DNA from: the human T2T-CHM13v2.0 reference genome, Homo sapiens
Direction: 5' to 3' (one strand)
Assembly (NCBI RefSeq): GCF_009914755.1
Contig: NC_060929.1
DNA: 64,000 nt
Made by a program: the position numbers and the translations under genes. The notes under the pieces were generated by a model. That model was not told the origin of the DNA. It saw only the letters and a list, made by a program, of their open reading frames with translations, and did no database searches. This document shows positions 46,177-62,692 of this stretch, piece after piece (position 1 is the first letter of the stretch; the number at the start of each line of letters is the position of its first letter).

Positions 46177-47920
46177 GCTCTATGTTTACAACTTATATAT
46201 TTCCTTCCATCATCAGTGAATATAGCCTATCCCACAAGTAATTTTGTTCTTTTAGATGATGCACTGCTGGGCCTTGTGAGAAAGGAGCATGAAGAATGGT
46301 GCCCTTCTCCAGTCCTGAGATCAACCCCATGTGGTGTTCTTTGGCCAGAGCCCTTCACTGGATGTATCAGTGGGAAGGCAGGCACTTTCTTATGCTTGTC
46401 TCCAGAAAGAGGTTGGATAGAACCATGCCCACATGAACCCAAAAGGGCAGCAGGTTGGATGAAATAGTCACTTTTCAATCTCATATCCAATGGCACAAAC
46501 AGTTTTGGAAAATGAAGTGTGCACAGACAGACAGGAGGAGACTGAACCCTCCACACTGCAATGTATCTCCTCTTTGTGGATAGGGGAAACCTGGAAACCA
46601 CAGATCTTCACTGCCTCACCGTCTCCTTCCTCTTCCACTTTCAACACCCAGGAGCTTGGACTTGCCTTCAGCTGGCTCTGATATGCAAATGCTTTCTCCT
46701 TCTCCTCCTGCACACTCTTTCTTTTCTAAGAATGTCCATATTTTTCTCTGCTCCACCTAGTTACTACCCAAGACTCCTCTCCCATGTGTCAGATTCAATG
46801 TGCTTCAAAAATGTGCAGCCATGATATTTTAGTTTTCAGGTTATAAACTCTTCAAAATCATCAAAAACAAATGTTGTCTCTAAAAATGTCATTGAATATT
46901 GATTCATTTACTTGATGGAGAAAACTTCCATGTCCACATATAAATTTTGAAAAATATTTCTTTTTTTACATCAAAGCCTAATGTCAACAAAACAAATAAA
47001 TAAGCAAACATCTCAGCTGTCTGGGGGAAGAATGCAGGAGTAAACCATCTCCCCAACTCCCAGTCTTGGAGTAGCTGCTGGTTGCGGGGATAAGCCCTGG
47101 GCCGCCTCTTTGCAATGAATGTGGCATTAGAGGCACAGGGGCCATGCAGCGTCCCTGTGTGTGAGTGGCAGTGAGTTTGAGAGGGAAGAGTAATTAGAAG
47201 AATTCCACTGCAAACGAAGCACACATTAATAACTAAATAAATTGCTCAATTAAAGATCTTTAAATACGTTTAATAAAAAATTTGATCAGCTTGTTGGTAG
47301 AAGCATCAACATGTTTGATTTTCTGTTTGTCTGTTTATATCATTCTTTCCCTAATATAGTTTTTGGCAGTATGATAATGCTTCTGCTGTGTTTCTACTGA
47401 CATACACACATGACTGAAACACGCTGCCTGACATGCTGGCATTACCATGTGCAAATTACAGAGGCCAAAACCACTGTCCAGGAGAGGTGGATGATCAGAC
47501 CAGAGTTTCTGTGTGCAATTGTGATGGTGATGGCAATCACTCCTGAAATGGAAAAATCTTTAAATTAAATTGTATTTAGAGGTTTACTGAATTTCCAGAT
47601 CTTTTTTTTTTTTTTTCATGAAGCAAGTAAGTGAACACTTACAGGATCCTTCTTGAAACTATACAGTAGAAGATTGGAAGTGAGGATACTTTCCATGCAG
47701 CTCAAGGTACTCCCCAGACCTTCTATGCCCATGGAGGCCAGAGGCACTGCATGGATGGACCAATACTTCCAGGCCCTTGCTGGAAAGCTGCTGCAGGATA
47801 CATGGAGCCCTCGAAGGATTATAAACAAGGAATTAGTATGCTGATCAATCCTGTTGGCATCTCCAACTTGGGTTTTGAATTTTAGGTGCAATAGAAAACC
47901 AGTGTTACAGTGTTAGATTT

Positions 47921-48283
47921 TGATATGGTTTGGCTGTGTCCCCACCCAAATCTCATCTTGATTTGTAGCTCTCATAATTTCATGTGTCATGGGAGAGAAC
48001 TGATGGGAGGTAATTGAATTATGGGAGCAGGTTTTTCCCATGCTATTCTCATGATCGTCAATAAGTCTCAAGAGATCTGATGATTTTATAAAGGGCAGTT
48101 CTCCTGCACATGCTCTACTGCCTGCTGCCATAGAAAACATGCCTTTGCTCTTCCTTCATCTTCTGCCATGATTGTGAGGCCTCCCCAGCCATGTGGAACT
48201 GTGAGTTCATTAAACTTCTTTTTCTTTATAAATTACCCAGTCCCAGGTATTTCTTCATAGCAGTATGAAAATGGACTAATACA
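47921..48283 (+). mobile_element. THE1 (THE1C-like) solo LTR
   Basis: tgatatggtttggctgtgtccccacccaaatctc ... aaatggactaataca, both ends intact. Confidence 0.93.
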
Positions 48284-48730
48284 ACTTTCAACAGTGTAGT
48301 ATTTGCTTTCTTCTCATTCTCACCCACCAGCTCTGGGGTGCTCGGTGCACCTTGTCTGCTTGCAGGTGCTGATGTTCTTCCTGGATTTTCATTCCCCAGG
48401 TGTCTTCATGACCTGCAGATTCCCCATGCCCCAGGTTCCCATTGAGCACCTTGACAAATAACTCTCTTCATTTAGCAATTCAGTTCTTTATCGTTTTTCA
48501 ATTTTGGGAAAAGAAAGCAATGACTTTGCCCCCTATGATGTAGCCTGTAAGCATATTCATACTGGATCAAAAAAGCAGATGGTTGTTTTATATCTGACCC
48601 AGGTGCCTATGCTCACCTGCAGCACCTGAACTGCTAATTGCATGTGCAAATGTGCAAATTAAGACTAAGCACAAACTTACGACTGTCTGAACTCCCAAGA
48701 AACAGCTTAATTTTTTAAAAACAAGTGTTG

Positions 48731-49860
<1,130 letters not shown>

Positions 49861-50034
49861 TGAATACACTTATGTAATTCATACCCCTATCAAGACAGAC
49901 CATTTTTAGCACCCAGAAATTTCTCTTGTGTACCTCCCCAGTGAATCCCCTGCTAGAAGGAACTGCTGTTATGATTTTTTCACCACAGATTAATTTTGCC
50001 TTTTCTGGAATTTCAAATAAATGGGATGGTATGC
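49861..50034 (-). mobile_element. L1ME/MB 3' fragment (probably 3'-transduced)
   Basis: atcaagacagaccatttttagcacccagaaatttctcttgtg...taattttgccttttctggaatttcaaataaatgg. Confidence 0.65.
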
Positions 50035-50866
50035 AAAAAAAAAAAAAAAAAAAGAAAAAGAAAATATCAACTTTTCATACAAGGGGTTATTTTTATTCAA
50101 TTCTCTCAATTAAATGCACCAAAACAAATAATCAGATTCTTCCACAGAAAAAATAGCAAAGATGCTGTGATTTATAATGGTTCTAAAATTTTTTAATGCT
50201 GAGAAAAAATATAATAGAATAAACACATTGTGGGGAAATAGGCAAATATGATGAATTCACAAACTGAATACTTTAAATTTTTCATACTCAAGAATGTGTG
50301 ACATCCCACAGTTTGACTGCCAAGTTTAGATGCCAATGGTGAAAAGGGAGGTTCTGTTTTATGAACTGAAGGAATTTTTGTGCTGGTAAATGAAGTCGCC
50401 ATGCAAAGTTTATAATCTGCTTTCATTGGAGACTCAAACAGAGATGTGTTCTGTGAGTTCCATCCTTCTTAAAATAATTTGTTCCCATTTTTAATGTTGT
50501 TTCTTCTCTTTCCTCTTTTTCAGCATAGCAAAAATTGGTTAGCAAACAGACCTGGCTTCTGCAGCTGAAGCCTTCTCTTTTTCCAAGACCAAAACCCAGT
50601 AAATGAACAGCATCACAATCCCTGAGCCATGGAGCACATTTTCCCTCCCTTTGCTTCCAGAAGAAAAATATTTAGAGGCTGATCTTTAGGAAACTTTCTC
50701 TTGTCAGGTGCCATTTCATCCTCTTGCTGAGCTACCTCACTTTGAGCATAAACCCCATTTCTCTACCCTGTCCTTTCCGTTGTGAAAAGTCTTCACAAAA
50801 TACTTCAAAAACCATGTTTCAGCCCATGTCGTATGAGTAACCCACAATCTCATATCTGTTGTAGCC

Positions 50867-50960
50867 AGGATAGTCACATAACTTATCATCAAAACAGGAC
50901 ACTTTTGAGAGTGAACGATGATGATATTAATAATTTTGCCAGGACAACAGGCACAATCCA
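50867..50960 (+). mobile_element. MER94-like (hAT-Blackjack) MITE fragment
   Basis: ttatcatcaaaacaggacacttttgagagtgaa...tattaataattttgccaggacaacaggc. Confidence 0.65.
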
Positions 50961-52500
50961 GAATTTAGAATCATCCAAGTTCTGACCAGATTGGAAGTTC
51001 TGGAAAGACTTTACCCATCAAGCCCCTGTGCATATAACCATTTATGCTTCATTAACACAAAGTAAATGCTTCATATTTGTTTATTATCATGATGACCTGC
51101 ACAATAAGAACCAAAACCAAGCCAGATAGTGTAGAATTGGCCTGTTCAACTGGCAGTATTAATAAACAGCACCTGCAAGAACGGGTTAGTACCAAATAGC
51201 AAATGGATCATACCAATTTAATTCTTTACTTGATTCCAGAGTAATTTCCCCAGCAGCAGCAGAAGGTATAGAAGAAAAACCTCTCGCTCAACAGTTCATG
51301 CTCTTCTTGTCTTGGTATTGATATTAATGCCAACAAAATTAGTAATTTGACAATTAGTTTCCCACTTACCTGAGGAGACATGAAAGGGAGAAAGAAAGTA
51401 TTTTAACTAGATTATAATGTGGCTCTGACAAGTCAGGATCCTGTCATGTTATAGCCTTCCAACTTTAACATTTTCATGTCTGCTTGGCAGGTTATTAAAA
51501 TAAATGAGGGTGCATTGGGCTGCTGCTGTGCATCTCCCTAATGGGAGTTGAGGAATTTGCAAGCCACCAGTGTAAATTGACCGATCTCAGAGACTGAAAA
51601 GATTTAGCTAAAGTGGACAATTAGGATCATTTCTGCACAGCTGAATGAAATATTCCTTGTTATTTTAATAATTCAGGCCCAGAGTAATTTTTGGAGGCTG
51701 AGTTTGTCAAGATAATGTGCCTTGTGCTTGTCTGCTTGTCATTTTTAACTCAGTCTCACATGTTACAGGTGCAGTCTAGCTTACAAAACAGGAAAATCAT
51801 TCACTGAAGAATTTGCATATGGAATACAGATACATTGCATGGAAAGAAAGCCGACCTGGAGACTGACAGGCAGCTGTGGTGTGAATGCCTCATGATGGTG
51901 AAAGTCAGGATGGTGGATGGATGCTGCATTGCTTTGTTGATGCAGTTATGAACATTATTGGGCAATATGCATATGCAAGTGTGGACCACATTCAGCACAT
52001 TTACCTTGTGTAACCTACACAGGTTCAGTAAAGAGATTTGTGAGACCGTGATATTCCCCCATGGTAGACCCAAATGCTCGCTTTCAGCTCAGTTTTATCA
52101 CAGAGACTGAAGGAATAATATCTTTAGCTTTTAATAGCAGGACACATTTAGGAAATTATACATGAGTTGAAGATAGAGAAATTCTGGAACAGGAGAGGTC
52201 ATCAGTGCATTTCTGCAAGTAGAAGCTTGTTTAGTCAGATAATGTGGTCTCAACAGATTAAAACATCACTTGTGATTAAATTGATTGGTATAAAACTATA
52301 AGTGAACCATTCTGTTCGTTCCATGTATTAGATGGGAACAGCCAAATTAATTTGAAATCAAGAAATTATTAAAATAAAATTCTCACTGAAGGTCCAACTT
52401 CTGCCAGCCCGTTTCTGGAGCCCTATGCACAGTATCTCTTTCAGGTGCTTACTGGGAATTGAATGACCTTTGAAGAGTATTCAGACTGTCATCTTTCTAG

Positions 52501-52852
<352 letters not shown>

Positions 52853-53759
52853 TGGTTTACTTTTTATACTTCCATAAAATAATGTAGTGGAAGATGTAAT
52901 TTATACTAAACATATCATCATCAACAACATGAATACTGAAAACATTGCTATAGGAAAGAGATTTTGTAATGTAAGTTAATCTAAGATTGAAAACACAGCC
53001 AGGATTATTAGCTAAATTTTATTTGGTATGAACTGCTTTATCACAGTAATATGTCTCTACATCTACCTAAATAAATTTATTTTAAAATTAGGTGCATGGA
53101 AATATAATCTCACACAATACATTGTAAGGTGAAGAGGTCTAAAATGACTGGGACACTCCAAATAAATCACTTAAGGATTGCCCAAAACATTAAGTTTCAA
53201 TGTTATTACAACATCAGTAGTTTTTTGTCCTTGAACTCTTACGGAAGATGGTTTGCCCATAGGTTACTTTTCCCCTAATTGGAGTGTCCTTCTAGCCTGG
53301 AGTAATTTTGAAGTCTCTGGTTGTATTTTATGGTGAATGATATGTCTCTGAAAGAAAGAAGAACTTTCCACTTGGGCACAACACTCCATCACAGGTCAGC
53401 TGAGAAGCTCAGGCTGGAAGAGAAACCGTATTTCAAAACAGTGGCTCTTCAAAATTACCCCTAATATGGCTTTTCTAACCAGGTCAGTAACATGTGGGAA
53501 AAGGGAATTTTTCTTTGGATTTTTGGGCCAGTGGTGGCTGAATTACACAAACTGAACCATGAACAAACAAACAAGCATGGAAAGCCAACCCAGAGCATCC
53601 TCAGCCTGAGGTAGCTCCAATGTTTCAGTCCATGCAGGGCGAACTCTGCAACCTCCTAGACTTTAATCTCTGCCTTATTTCCCGCAACCCAGTGAGTGTT
53701 ATTGGGCAGTATGAATATGCAAGTGCAGGTGGCACCTTGGTCCAAGACTTGTCAACTTC

Positions 53760-54141
53760 AGCATGCGTCAGGGTAATGGCAATCACTCGCTGAATGTGCT
53801 GAACAAAAGCAAGACGTGCTTCTCATGTAGAACCCAGGCAAGTTGAACAGATGCCCTGACCAATCTCTTTCAAGCAGTGGCTTAGAGATCACGATTCCTT
53901 CCATTGTGCATCTCTGTCATCTCAGACAGTATCTCTTCTAGCTTGTAAGCAGAGACAGAGAGTGAGCCGAGAGTCTCATGGGCTGTTAGAGGCCAGGCTC
54001 CAAAATAGCAGAAACCACCTCTACCTGCAACACAGTGACAGAAGCTGTCCCAGACACCCAATCTGGCTGAAAGTGAGTCAGGGAAGGAAAGCAGCCCCGG
54101 TGTCTAGGAGGCCAGTGAGCACTTAGGTGATCTCTGTCACA
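53760..54141 (-). mobile_element. Old MLT1 (MLT1J/K/L-like) LTR
   Basis: ttccttccattgtgc, ggccaggctccaaaatagc, ending ...gtgagcacttaggtgatctctgtcaca. Confidence 0.5.
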
Positions 54142-56045
54142 TAAGCCAACAAACTGGATAACAGTGACATTTCAGTATCTGACACAAGTCAGAAGCTGTA
54201 AAATACTGAGTAGACAACACATAGAGGCTTTAAAGGGCACATGATACATATTTACCATCAACAGATGGTCCAAAAATAAGCATCTCCATGGAAAATGTGC
54301 AGGCAGTATCATCTTAAAAATAGCATATTTAAGAAATGACTTTGGAATTTTAGGAGCTTACTCAGATGGATCTTTTCAGTTGTTTTCTCACTAGCCAAAC
54401 TACCACATCTGTCCTTTCTGCTGATCTTATGGTTACATATTTTTCCACTTCCTTGTTCTCTAGTGAGAGGGGACTTGGCACATCAGCTGCCCCATATACA
54501 TCATTCCTTTGGATCACCCACAGCTCCTAGCATTAGTGCAATTGATGTTCAATACTAGAGTACACTAAATTAATGTATTAGACTCCAGTGGATTATCAGT
54601 AAGTGAGTAAAACTGAATTATAATTGATTAGAAATAATTTTGCATAAGTACCTTCATCAGCTTCATAATTAAAATTTGTCACTCAACTTTAAATTTGGCC
54701 AACTAGGTCACAGGCAGTGGGGTCTGTGGAACTAAGTATGTACTGTAGATGTCCCAGAACTGAATGAAATTACCACAATTATAATCAATCAATTTTGTGA
54801 CTATTTGTGTTATGATGCTCTCTTTGATTAAACAAATTCCCATTTGGGTAGTCTTCTCTTCGTAAGTTGATTAAGAGAACCAAATACCACTTCTGACTTG
54901 AAGATCCATAATAAAAAGGAGACATCAGCTGTCAATGCCAAAACACTCAGGAAGGTGGCTTGGCATTTCAGGGAAGAGAAGGAATTTGAAGAACCAGTCC
55001 AGGATCACAAATCGTTTTAGAATCCAACTAAATCTTCTCACATTGGTTTCATTTTTCCTCCGGCATCCTAAAAGTGACATAGCTTATGACTAATAGATAT
55101 AGCATCTTACACAAATAATCACATGATTGTGCAAATGCACTTAGGTCAAGGTGTGGTTTGCCTCCTTCCATAGGTCCTCACTAAAGTATGAGCCGTAAAC
55201 TAGCATATGATGACGTATGTCCTTGTCTTACCATACATTACTGAAATACATTTTATATTGAAAAATAAAAGCCCTGCAACCTTGAAGACACTGTAAAGCT
55301 AACTCTAAAATGTATTTTAATTTTCCCTAAATTAGAACCCTAGTCTAGTCTGTAACAGCCCCTTAGGATATATTAGACCCTTCACTCCCTGAGTATCTTG
55401 TAAGCTGAATTCGACTTTTTAAAATATGTACTTCTCCACCATTCAGAAAGGCAGCATTTTCTTTTCGCAATGCACCTACAGAAAAGTAGAAAAAAATATC
55501 ATAGACAGCAAGATGGGTTAGAGATGAAGTTTCGTGTGAATCAGTTTTCTCCCCTTGTTTGAGTGTGCAGTCTTCACTTTGTGTTGATTTAAGGGAAGAA
55601 ACTTGGTATTCAAGGCAAATACTTATCGGAATACAATTTATTCAGAATGGCTTTCAACCACAGGCTCAGAATATTTGCCCAGATAATCACTGAAGCTAAA
55701 ACATGGGTAGCTAAACTGTTTTCGCTACTAACCTGATTAATAACTCAATTCTGGCATTTTAATCTAAATTTTCACTAAAATGATGTCAGGCATGTTTTTG
55801 TTGTGTTTCTAGAATTTTATGTCTTACATATCTTATTTAAAACTTAGCACTTTAGGCTCTAAAACATAATCCATATGCATCTGACACTCCCAGCCAACCT
55901 CACAGCATTAGACAGTGACCTTCCAGCCACTTCCCATATTGAAGCTGTTTAAACACACTCACTATAAACACTTGGGTTTGTGTTAACCCTCTGAAGCCCA
56001 AACAGAAATCCACAAATGAAACAATGGCTTTGCTATTGTGTATAG

Positions 56046-56444
<399 letters not shown>

Positions 56445-56884
56445 TAATGGGATTGCTGGATTGAATCATATGTCTGTCTTTAGGTCTTCAAGGAATTGCT
56501 GCATTGTCTTCCATAATGGTTAACCTAATTTACACAACCACTAACAGTCTGTAAGTGTTCTTTTTTCTCCACAATCTCACCAACATCTGTTATTATTTGA
56601 CTTTTTAAAGATAGCCATTCTGACTGGTGTGAGATGCTATCTCATTGTGGTTTTGATTTGCATTTCTCCAATACATGGAATCGACAACAAATGCCCACCA
56701 GTGATAGACTAGATAAAGAGAATGAGGTACATGTACACCATGGAATACTATGCAGCCATAAAAAGAAGCAGATCGTGTACTTTGCAGGGACAAGGATAGA
56801 GCTGGAGGGCATTATCCTCAGAAAACTAATGCAGGGACAAAAAATCAAATACTGCCATGTTCTCACTTGTAAGTGGTAGTGAAT

Positions 56885-57164
<280 letters not shown>

Positions 57165-57539
57165 AAGTGGTAGTTAAATGATAAGAACACATGGACACAT
57201 AGAGAGGAACACCACACACTGGGGGTTATCAGGGGTTAGGGTGGGAGGAGAGAGAGCATCAGGAGAAATAACTAACGGATATGAGTTTTAATACCTGGGT
57301 GATGAAATAATCTGTATAATACAAACACAAGTCTACCTGTGAAACGAACCTAGACATCCTTAAATAAAAGTTAAAATAAATAAAAATAAAACTATGGCAC
57401 CTGACTCCTCAGGTAAGTTAGGCTAGATTTGAGAAGAGTACAGCTCTTGGACCTGCCATAAGGATGGTTTCCCTTCTTGAGTCCCATGAATGCAGAGACA
57501 TCAGGAAGCATCATCCCCAGCCTGAAGCTGTTTATGGGC

Positions 57540-58160
57540 ATGTGACATTTATAACTTGTCCAAGGATAGGAATTTTCAGTCTCTGAAAAGAACAGAGATA
57601 CTTCTTAAAGAAGATGGTATTTGCCTGGGTTTTGCAGAGAGTAGCATTTAGGCAGGCAGAGGTGGAGGTGGAATGGACAGGGAAAGCTGTGGGCCAGGTG
57701 TAGAGACAAGTGTATAATATGACCTGACCCAAATGTGGAATTAACCAAGGGGGATCGTGGCTGACATTTAGGGAAACTGAAGTTGAGGAATCACCACGGA
57801 GAGCCTGGAGTACCTGGATGAAGGTTTTACAACGATGAGGCAGTAAGATCCCATAACATGTTTTTGAACAAAAAAACATAATTATGGGCATGTTTTAGAA
57901 AATTCATTGCTCAAAAGTTGCCGGTCTACAGGAAGAAGGCAAGTAGAAATTTGAGAAACTTAGAAAAGACTGGTATTATTAATATACTATTATTTTTATT
58001 ATTCACATCGATAAAGTCAGGGCTGCCAGCAGTTTGGGGAAAGATAACAACACGTGACAGTGAATCAACCCGCATAAAACATCCAGAAGGCCCCGGAAAT
58101 CAGGAACTGGAGCTCAGAGGGGAGGTCAGGAGCGAGAGGTGGGCATCAGGCTAGAGCTGG
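57540..58160 (-). mobile_element. L2 fragments
   Basis: Purine-rich L2-like antisense sequence (gttttagaaaattcatt; ctggagctcagaggggaggtcagg). Confidence 0.45.
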
Positions 58161-60104
58161 TCCTCCACTACTGACTTAAGCCGTATCTATTCTTCCAAGT
58201 GCAAAGTGTCATTCTGTGATTTCACCCACTTGTCAGATAATTTATGTTTAAAAGATGGGGCAGAGAAAAGGAGGAACAAAGACGTAAGGAAACTAGCAGA
58301 GATGGATTGCTGCTGGGGCCTGTGAGTGAGTACACTGATGCCATGATCTCCACATACAGTGCCTGGAACGTATTGTTGCATGCCTAGGCTGAGGGAATCC
58401 TGTGCTCTGTGCACAGTGGTATGACTCAAACCATTTCAGGAAAAAGCCTGTATCTTTTTTTTCCAGGGAGGAAATGGTCATGATGGCATTGCCTTTTGTA
58501 AAAGAAAGAATGTCACTCTCTGATTCCTCCTCCCCTGAGATCCCACCGTCTATCTGTTCAAGAGTAACAACAGCTGTTCTGTTACTCTGGCTACACTCTT
58601 GCTACTGTAGCCCACCATGCTACATCCTGGATCACATTTTCTAACACATACGTAGTGTCTATGAGAAGAGGAACCATTCTTTTGCCTCAGAGAATGTTCT
58701 GGTTGTACAATTGACATCAGTGCACAATACATTGTTGTTTTTTTAGCAGGAGGGGCATTGACTGGTGTCTACTTCCATTAGCCCAACTCCTGAAGGCTAA
58801 TATTGCAATACGTAATTTGGAAAGAGGATATTTTGAAGTGAAAAGGATAGAGCCAAAAAAAAAAGGATTCATTTTTTATTATTTTTAAATACTAACAAGA
58901 GTGCTTTTCTCGCTAGCTATTGGGGAAAGATCAACTCATACATCAAAAGCTCAGAGATACAGATGCTTCAGAAATATCGTCCCCTCTGTGGAAATCCTGC
59001 CTTGTCAGCCGGTCAGGTCAGGTTTCAGTGTTGCAACAACCTCGCAGCTAATCTGACATTGATGTACAACTTGCCATTTACATGAAAATGCCAGCCCTTC
59101 TCGGGACCTGACTTGGCTTTATTTTTGTGAGTGGGCAGCCCATGCATACCTTGTAGATATGGAAGAAGTAGCATGGTGTGCATTTCATGGAAAATCGCTG
59201 TAAAATACAGAAGTTATTGGAGAGGGTTAAAAGGATAATATGTGACTTAATCATCAAAGGTGTATTAATAAAATTCATCATAAAGTGACCAGTCAATGTC
59301 AAATGAGGGCCTCTGAGTGAAGGAAATGCCACTCTCCAGTGTGAGCTGGCCATCCTTGGCTCCTCAAAATCGATCAGCAATGGAGGGATCTGTGCAGAGG
59401 TGGGGGCAGCTGCAATAGTTGAAAATGGATGAAGACTAGCAGCCTCTCTGACTCTTCATTCTTTTATATAATTATGTCTTCTTAAAGCCTGCAACCTCCT
59501 AGGTTGTGGTCTTGATTAAAGTGGAAGACAAGATAAAAAGGGAAGAGCAATAAGGGATAAAGGGAAAAGTAGAAACTGCACAGTTTCCACCATACAGTGT
59601 TAAGAACAGAACTTGATTCTCAGAAAACGTTTTATAGAACTTTACAAAACCTGGGGCTAAACCACCCAGCTTAAACCTGATTTGGGCCATGGGGTTATGC
59701 TCATGGACATCTGCATATTGTGTGCATTTTTATGACGCCTTAAGCTTTTGTGATATTAAGTTTCAGCTTTATTTTCCATAATTCTTGACCCTTCCTCCAT
59801 TTACCCAGGAGCATTACCATGGCCTCCAGGAGAATTCAACTGTTAGGGGAGAAATGCAAACTTGTTAATTTAATACTGTTTCATTTTTCCTTTTTCTCCT
59901 AACATAGCGCTTGAGAATCCATAAGTAGAGGCTTCAGAAGAACAGGGTAAAGGAGCTCTGTCCTCAAAGTTTTGGCAAGTGAATAGGGGGCATGGCAGAC
60001 CAGAAGCTGAACGGACTGTAGAAGGGGCCAAGGAGCCAGGCAAGGGGCAGGAGAGGGGGAAGTGGTGAGGCATGGCCTTTGCTGTGGTCTGCACCCCACC
60101 CGTG

Positions 60105-60280
60105 GTTTTTTTATTTATTTACTATTTTTTTTGAGACAAGGTCTCACTCTGCTCTTCAGGCTGGAATGCAGTGGCACCATCATGTCTCACTGCAGCCTTG
60201 ACTTCCCGGGCTCAAGTGATCCTCCTGCCTCAGCCTCCTGAGTAGCTTGTACTACAGATGTGCACCACCACACCCAGCTA
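60105..60280 (-). mobile_element. AluJ right arm / FRAM
   Basis: gagacaaggtctcactctg...cactgcagccttgacttcccgggctcaagtgatcctcctgcc. Confidence 0.88.
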
Positions 60281-60282
60281 GT

Positions 60283-61243
60283 ATTTATTTTTATTTTAAG
60301 TTCTGGGGTACATGTGCAGGATGTACAAGTTTGTTACATAGGTAAATGTGTACCATGGTGGTTTGCTGCACCTATCAACCCATCACCTAGGTATTAAGCC
60401 CAGCATGCATTAGTTATTTTTTCTGATGCTCTTCCTCCCACCGATACCCCCTGACAGGCCCCATTCAGTGTGTATTGTTCCCCTCCATGTGTCCATGTGT
60501 TTTCATCATTTAGCTCCCACTTATAAGTGAGAACATACGGTGTTTGATTTTCTGTCCCTGAATTAATTTGCTGAGGGTAATGGCTTCAAACTCCATCCAT
60601 GTCCCTGCAAAGAACATGATCTCTTTTTTATGGATGCATAGTATTCCATGGTATATACGTATCACATGTTCTTTTCTCAGTCTCTCATTGATGGGCATTT
60701 GGGTTGATTCCATGTTTTTGCTATTGTGAATAGTGCTGCAATAAACATATGTGTGCATGTATTTTTACAATAGAATGATTTATCTTCCTTTGGGTGTATA
60801 CCCAGTAATGAGATTGCTGGGTCAAATAGTATCTCTGCCTCTATATGTTTGAGGAATTGCCACACTGTCTTCTGCAAAGGTTGAACTAATTTATATTCCC
60901 ACCAACAGTGTAAAAGTGTTTCTTTTTCTCTGCAACCTCACCAGCACCTGTTGTTTCTTGACTTTTTAATAATAGCCATTCTGACTGGTGTGAAATCGTA
61001 TCTCATTGTGATTTTCATTTGCATTTTTCTAATGATCAGTTACGTTGAGCTTTTTTGCATATGTTTGTTGGCTGCATAAATGTCTTCTTTTGAGAAGTGT
61101 CTGTTTATGTCCTTTGCCCACTTTATAATGGGGTTGTTTGTTTTTTACTTGTAAATTTGTTAAAGATCCTTGTAGACTCTTGATATTAGGCCTTTGTCAG
61201 ATGGATAGACGGCAAAATTTTTCTCCCATTGTATAGGTTGTCT
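60283..61243 (-). mobile_element. 5'-truncated L1PA (about L1PA10-13)
   Basis: aagttctggggtacatgtgcaggatgt...ggtttgctgcacctatcaaccc; ORFs 60510..60758 and 60677..60877 are ORF2p C-terminal pieces. Confidence 0.92.
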
Positions 61244-61833
61244 AGGACACTATGGGTTGGAAAGGAATTCTGATTTCACATCAGAAATGTGAAAATAAGA
61301 TGCAGAGGGGGAGTTTATGCCAAGCCCTAGTGGAAGAATCTAAACACATGACCCTGAGATCTTGGAGCAAAGTCATGGCATGCACAAAGAGATTGATAAG
61401 CCTCTAGAGAAGGAGCTCTGAGTGTTCCAAACTGAAACTCTTGACCATGGAACAGCTGGAGACCAAGAACCCAGAGCTGTCCCTTAGGAGCAGATTTCTA
61501 TCACCCTACCCTACCCCACGCCAGGTCACAATACCATAAGGGCATCATAGCAGTCCATTGCAGGATGAAATAGAATATCCAGGATCAAGCCAAGCACGAC
61601 CAGAGCCATGAGTAAGCTACCTGATCAGGTAGCCCAGAACCACCTGCTAAAGCGTTGGTTAAGCCAGGATATGGGCACACTCTGACAATGAATGGCAGCC
61701 ACAATGCACTGACAATGTGAGATGTTTATAAAAGACAGTAGAGAAAGAGAATCTTCCAGTAGTGCACCTTGTCATCACTTTGTGTAGAAGCAGTGGACCA
61801 GCATGAGGTATATTCAGATTTTTGGACAGTCGC

Positions 61834-62211
61834 TGTATTAGTCCATTCTCATGCTGCTATGAAGAAATACCCGAGACTGGGTAATTTATAAAGGAAAGAG
61901 GCTTAATTGGTTTACAGCTCCACATTTCTTTGGAGGCCTCAAAAAACTTACAATCATGGTGGAAGGCAAAAGAGAAGCAGGCACCTTCTTCACGGTGTGG
62001 CAGTACAGAGTGAGTGCAAGCAGGGGAAATGCCAGATGCTTATAGAACCATCAGATCTCGAGAGACTGATTCATTATCACGATAACAGTGCCGCAGAAAT
62101 CGCCCCCATGATTCAATTACCTCCAACTGGTCCAGCCTTTGACACGTGGGGATTATGGGAATTACAGTTCAAGGTGAGATCTAGGTGGGGACACAGTGCC
62201 AAACCATATCA
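61834..62211 (-). mobile_element. THE1D-like solo LTR
   Basis: tgtattagtccattctc...aaaccatatca; TSD gtcgc/gtggc. Confidence 0.92.
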
Positions 62212-62337
62212 GTGGCTAATAGCCACTGTTAGGGACCAGGTACAGCTGGTCAAAAACCTGAGGAAAAAAAGGACTGGAATATGGCAAGCCAGAGCTCTGG
62301 TTAAAGCACATGGGTGTACATACAGAAGAGAGTATGA

Positions 62338-62692
62338 TGTTCACACTGCTATGAAGAAATACCTAAGGCTGAGCAATTTATAAAGGAAAAAGGTTTAATT
62401 GACTTACAGTTCTGCATAGCTGGGGAGGCCTCAGGAAACTTAGAATCATGGTGGAAGGGGAAGCAAACACACCCTTCTTCAAATGGTGGCAGGAGAGAGA
62501 ACTGTAGAGCCAAGCAGGGAAAATCTTCTTATAAAACCATCAGATCTCATGAGAACTCACTAACTATCACAAGAACAGCATGGGCAAACTGCTCCCATGA
62601 TGTTATCACCTCCCATGAGGTCCCTCTCCCAACACATGGGGATTACAATTTGAGATGAGATTTGAGTGGGGACACAGAGCCAGACCATATCA
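62338..62692 (-). mobile_element. MSTA/THE1D-like solo LTR
   Basis: cacactgctatgaagaaatacc...ggggacacagagccagaccatatca; terminal bases at the left end degraded. Confidence 0.9.

Noticed and set aside
46216-46824. Five overlapping ORFs in non-repeat DNA
   Set aside because: No recognisable domain; consistent with chance in a locally GC-richer stretch.
61907-62383. 158-aa ORF
   Set aside because: It is an antisense read-through of a THE1D LTR into flanking relic sequence.
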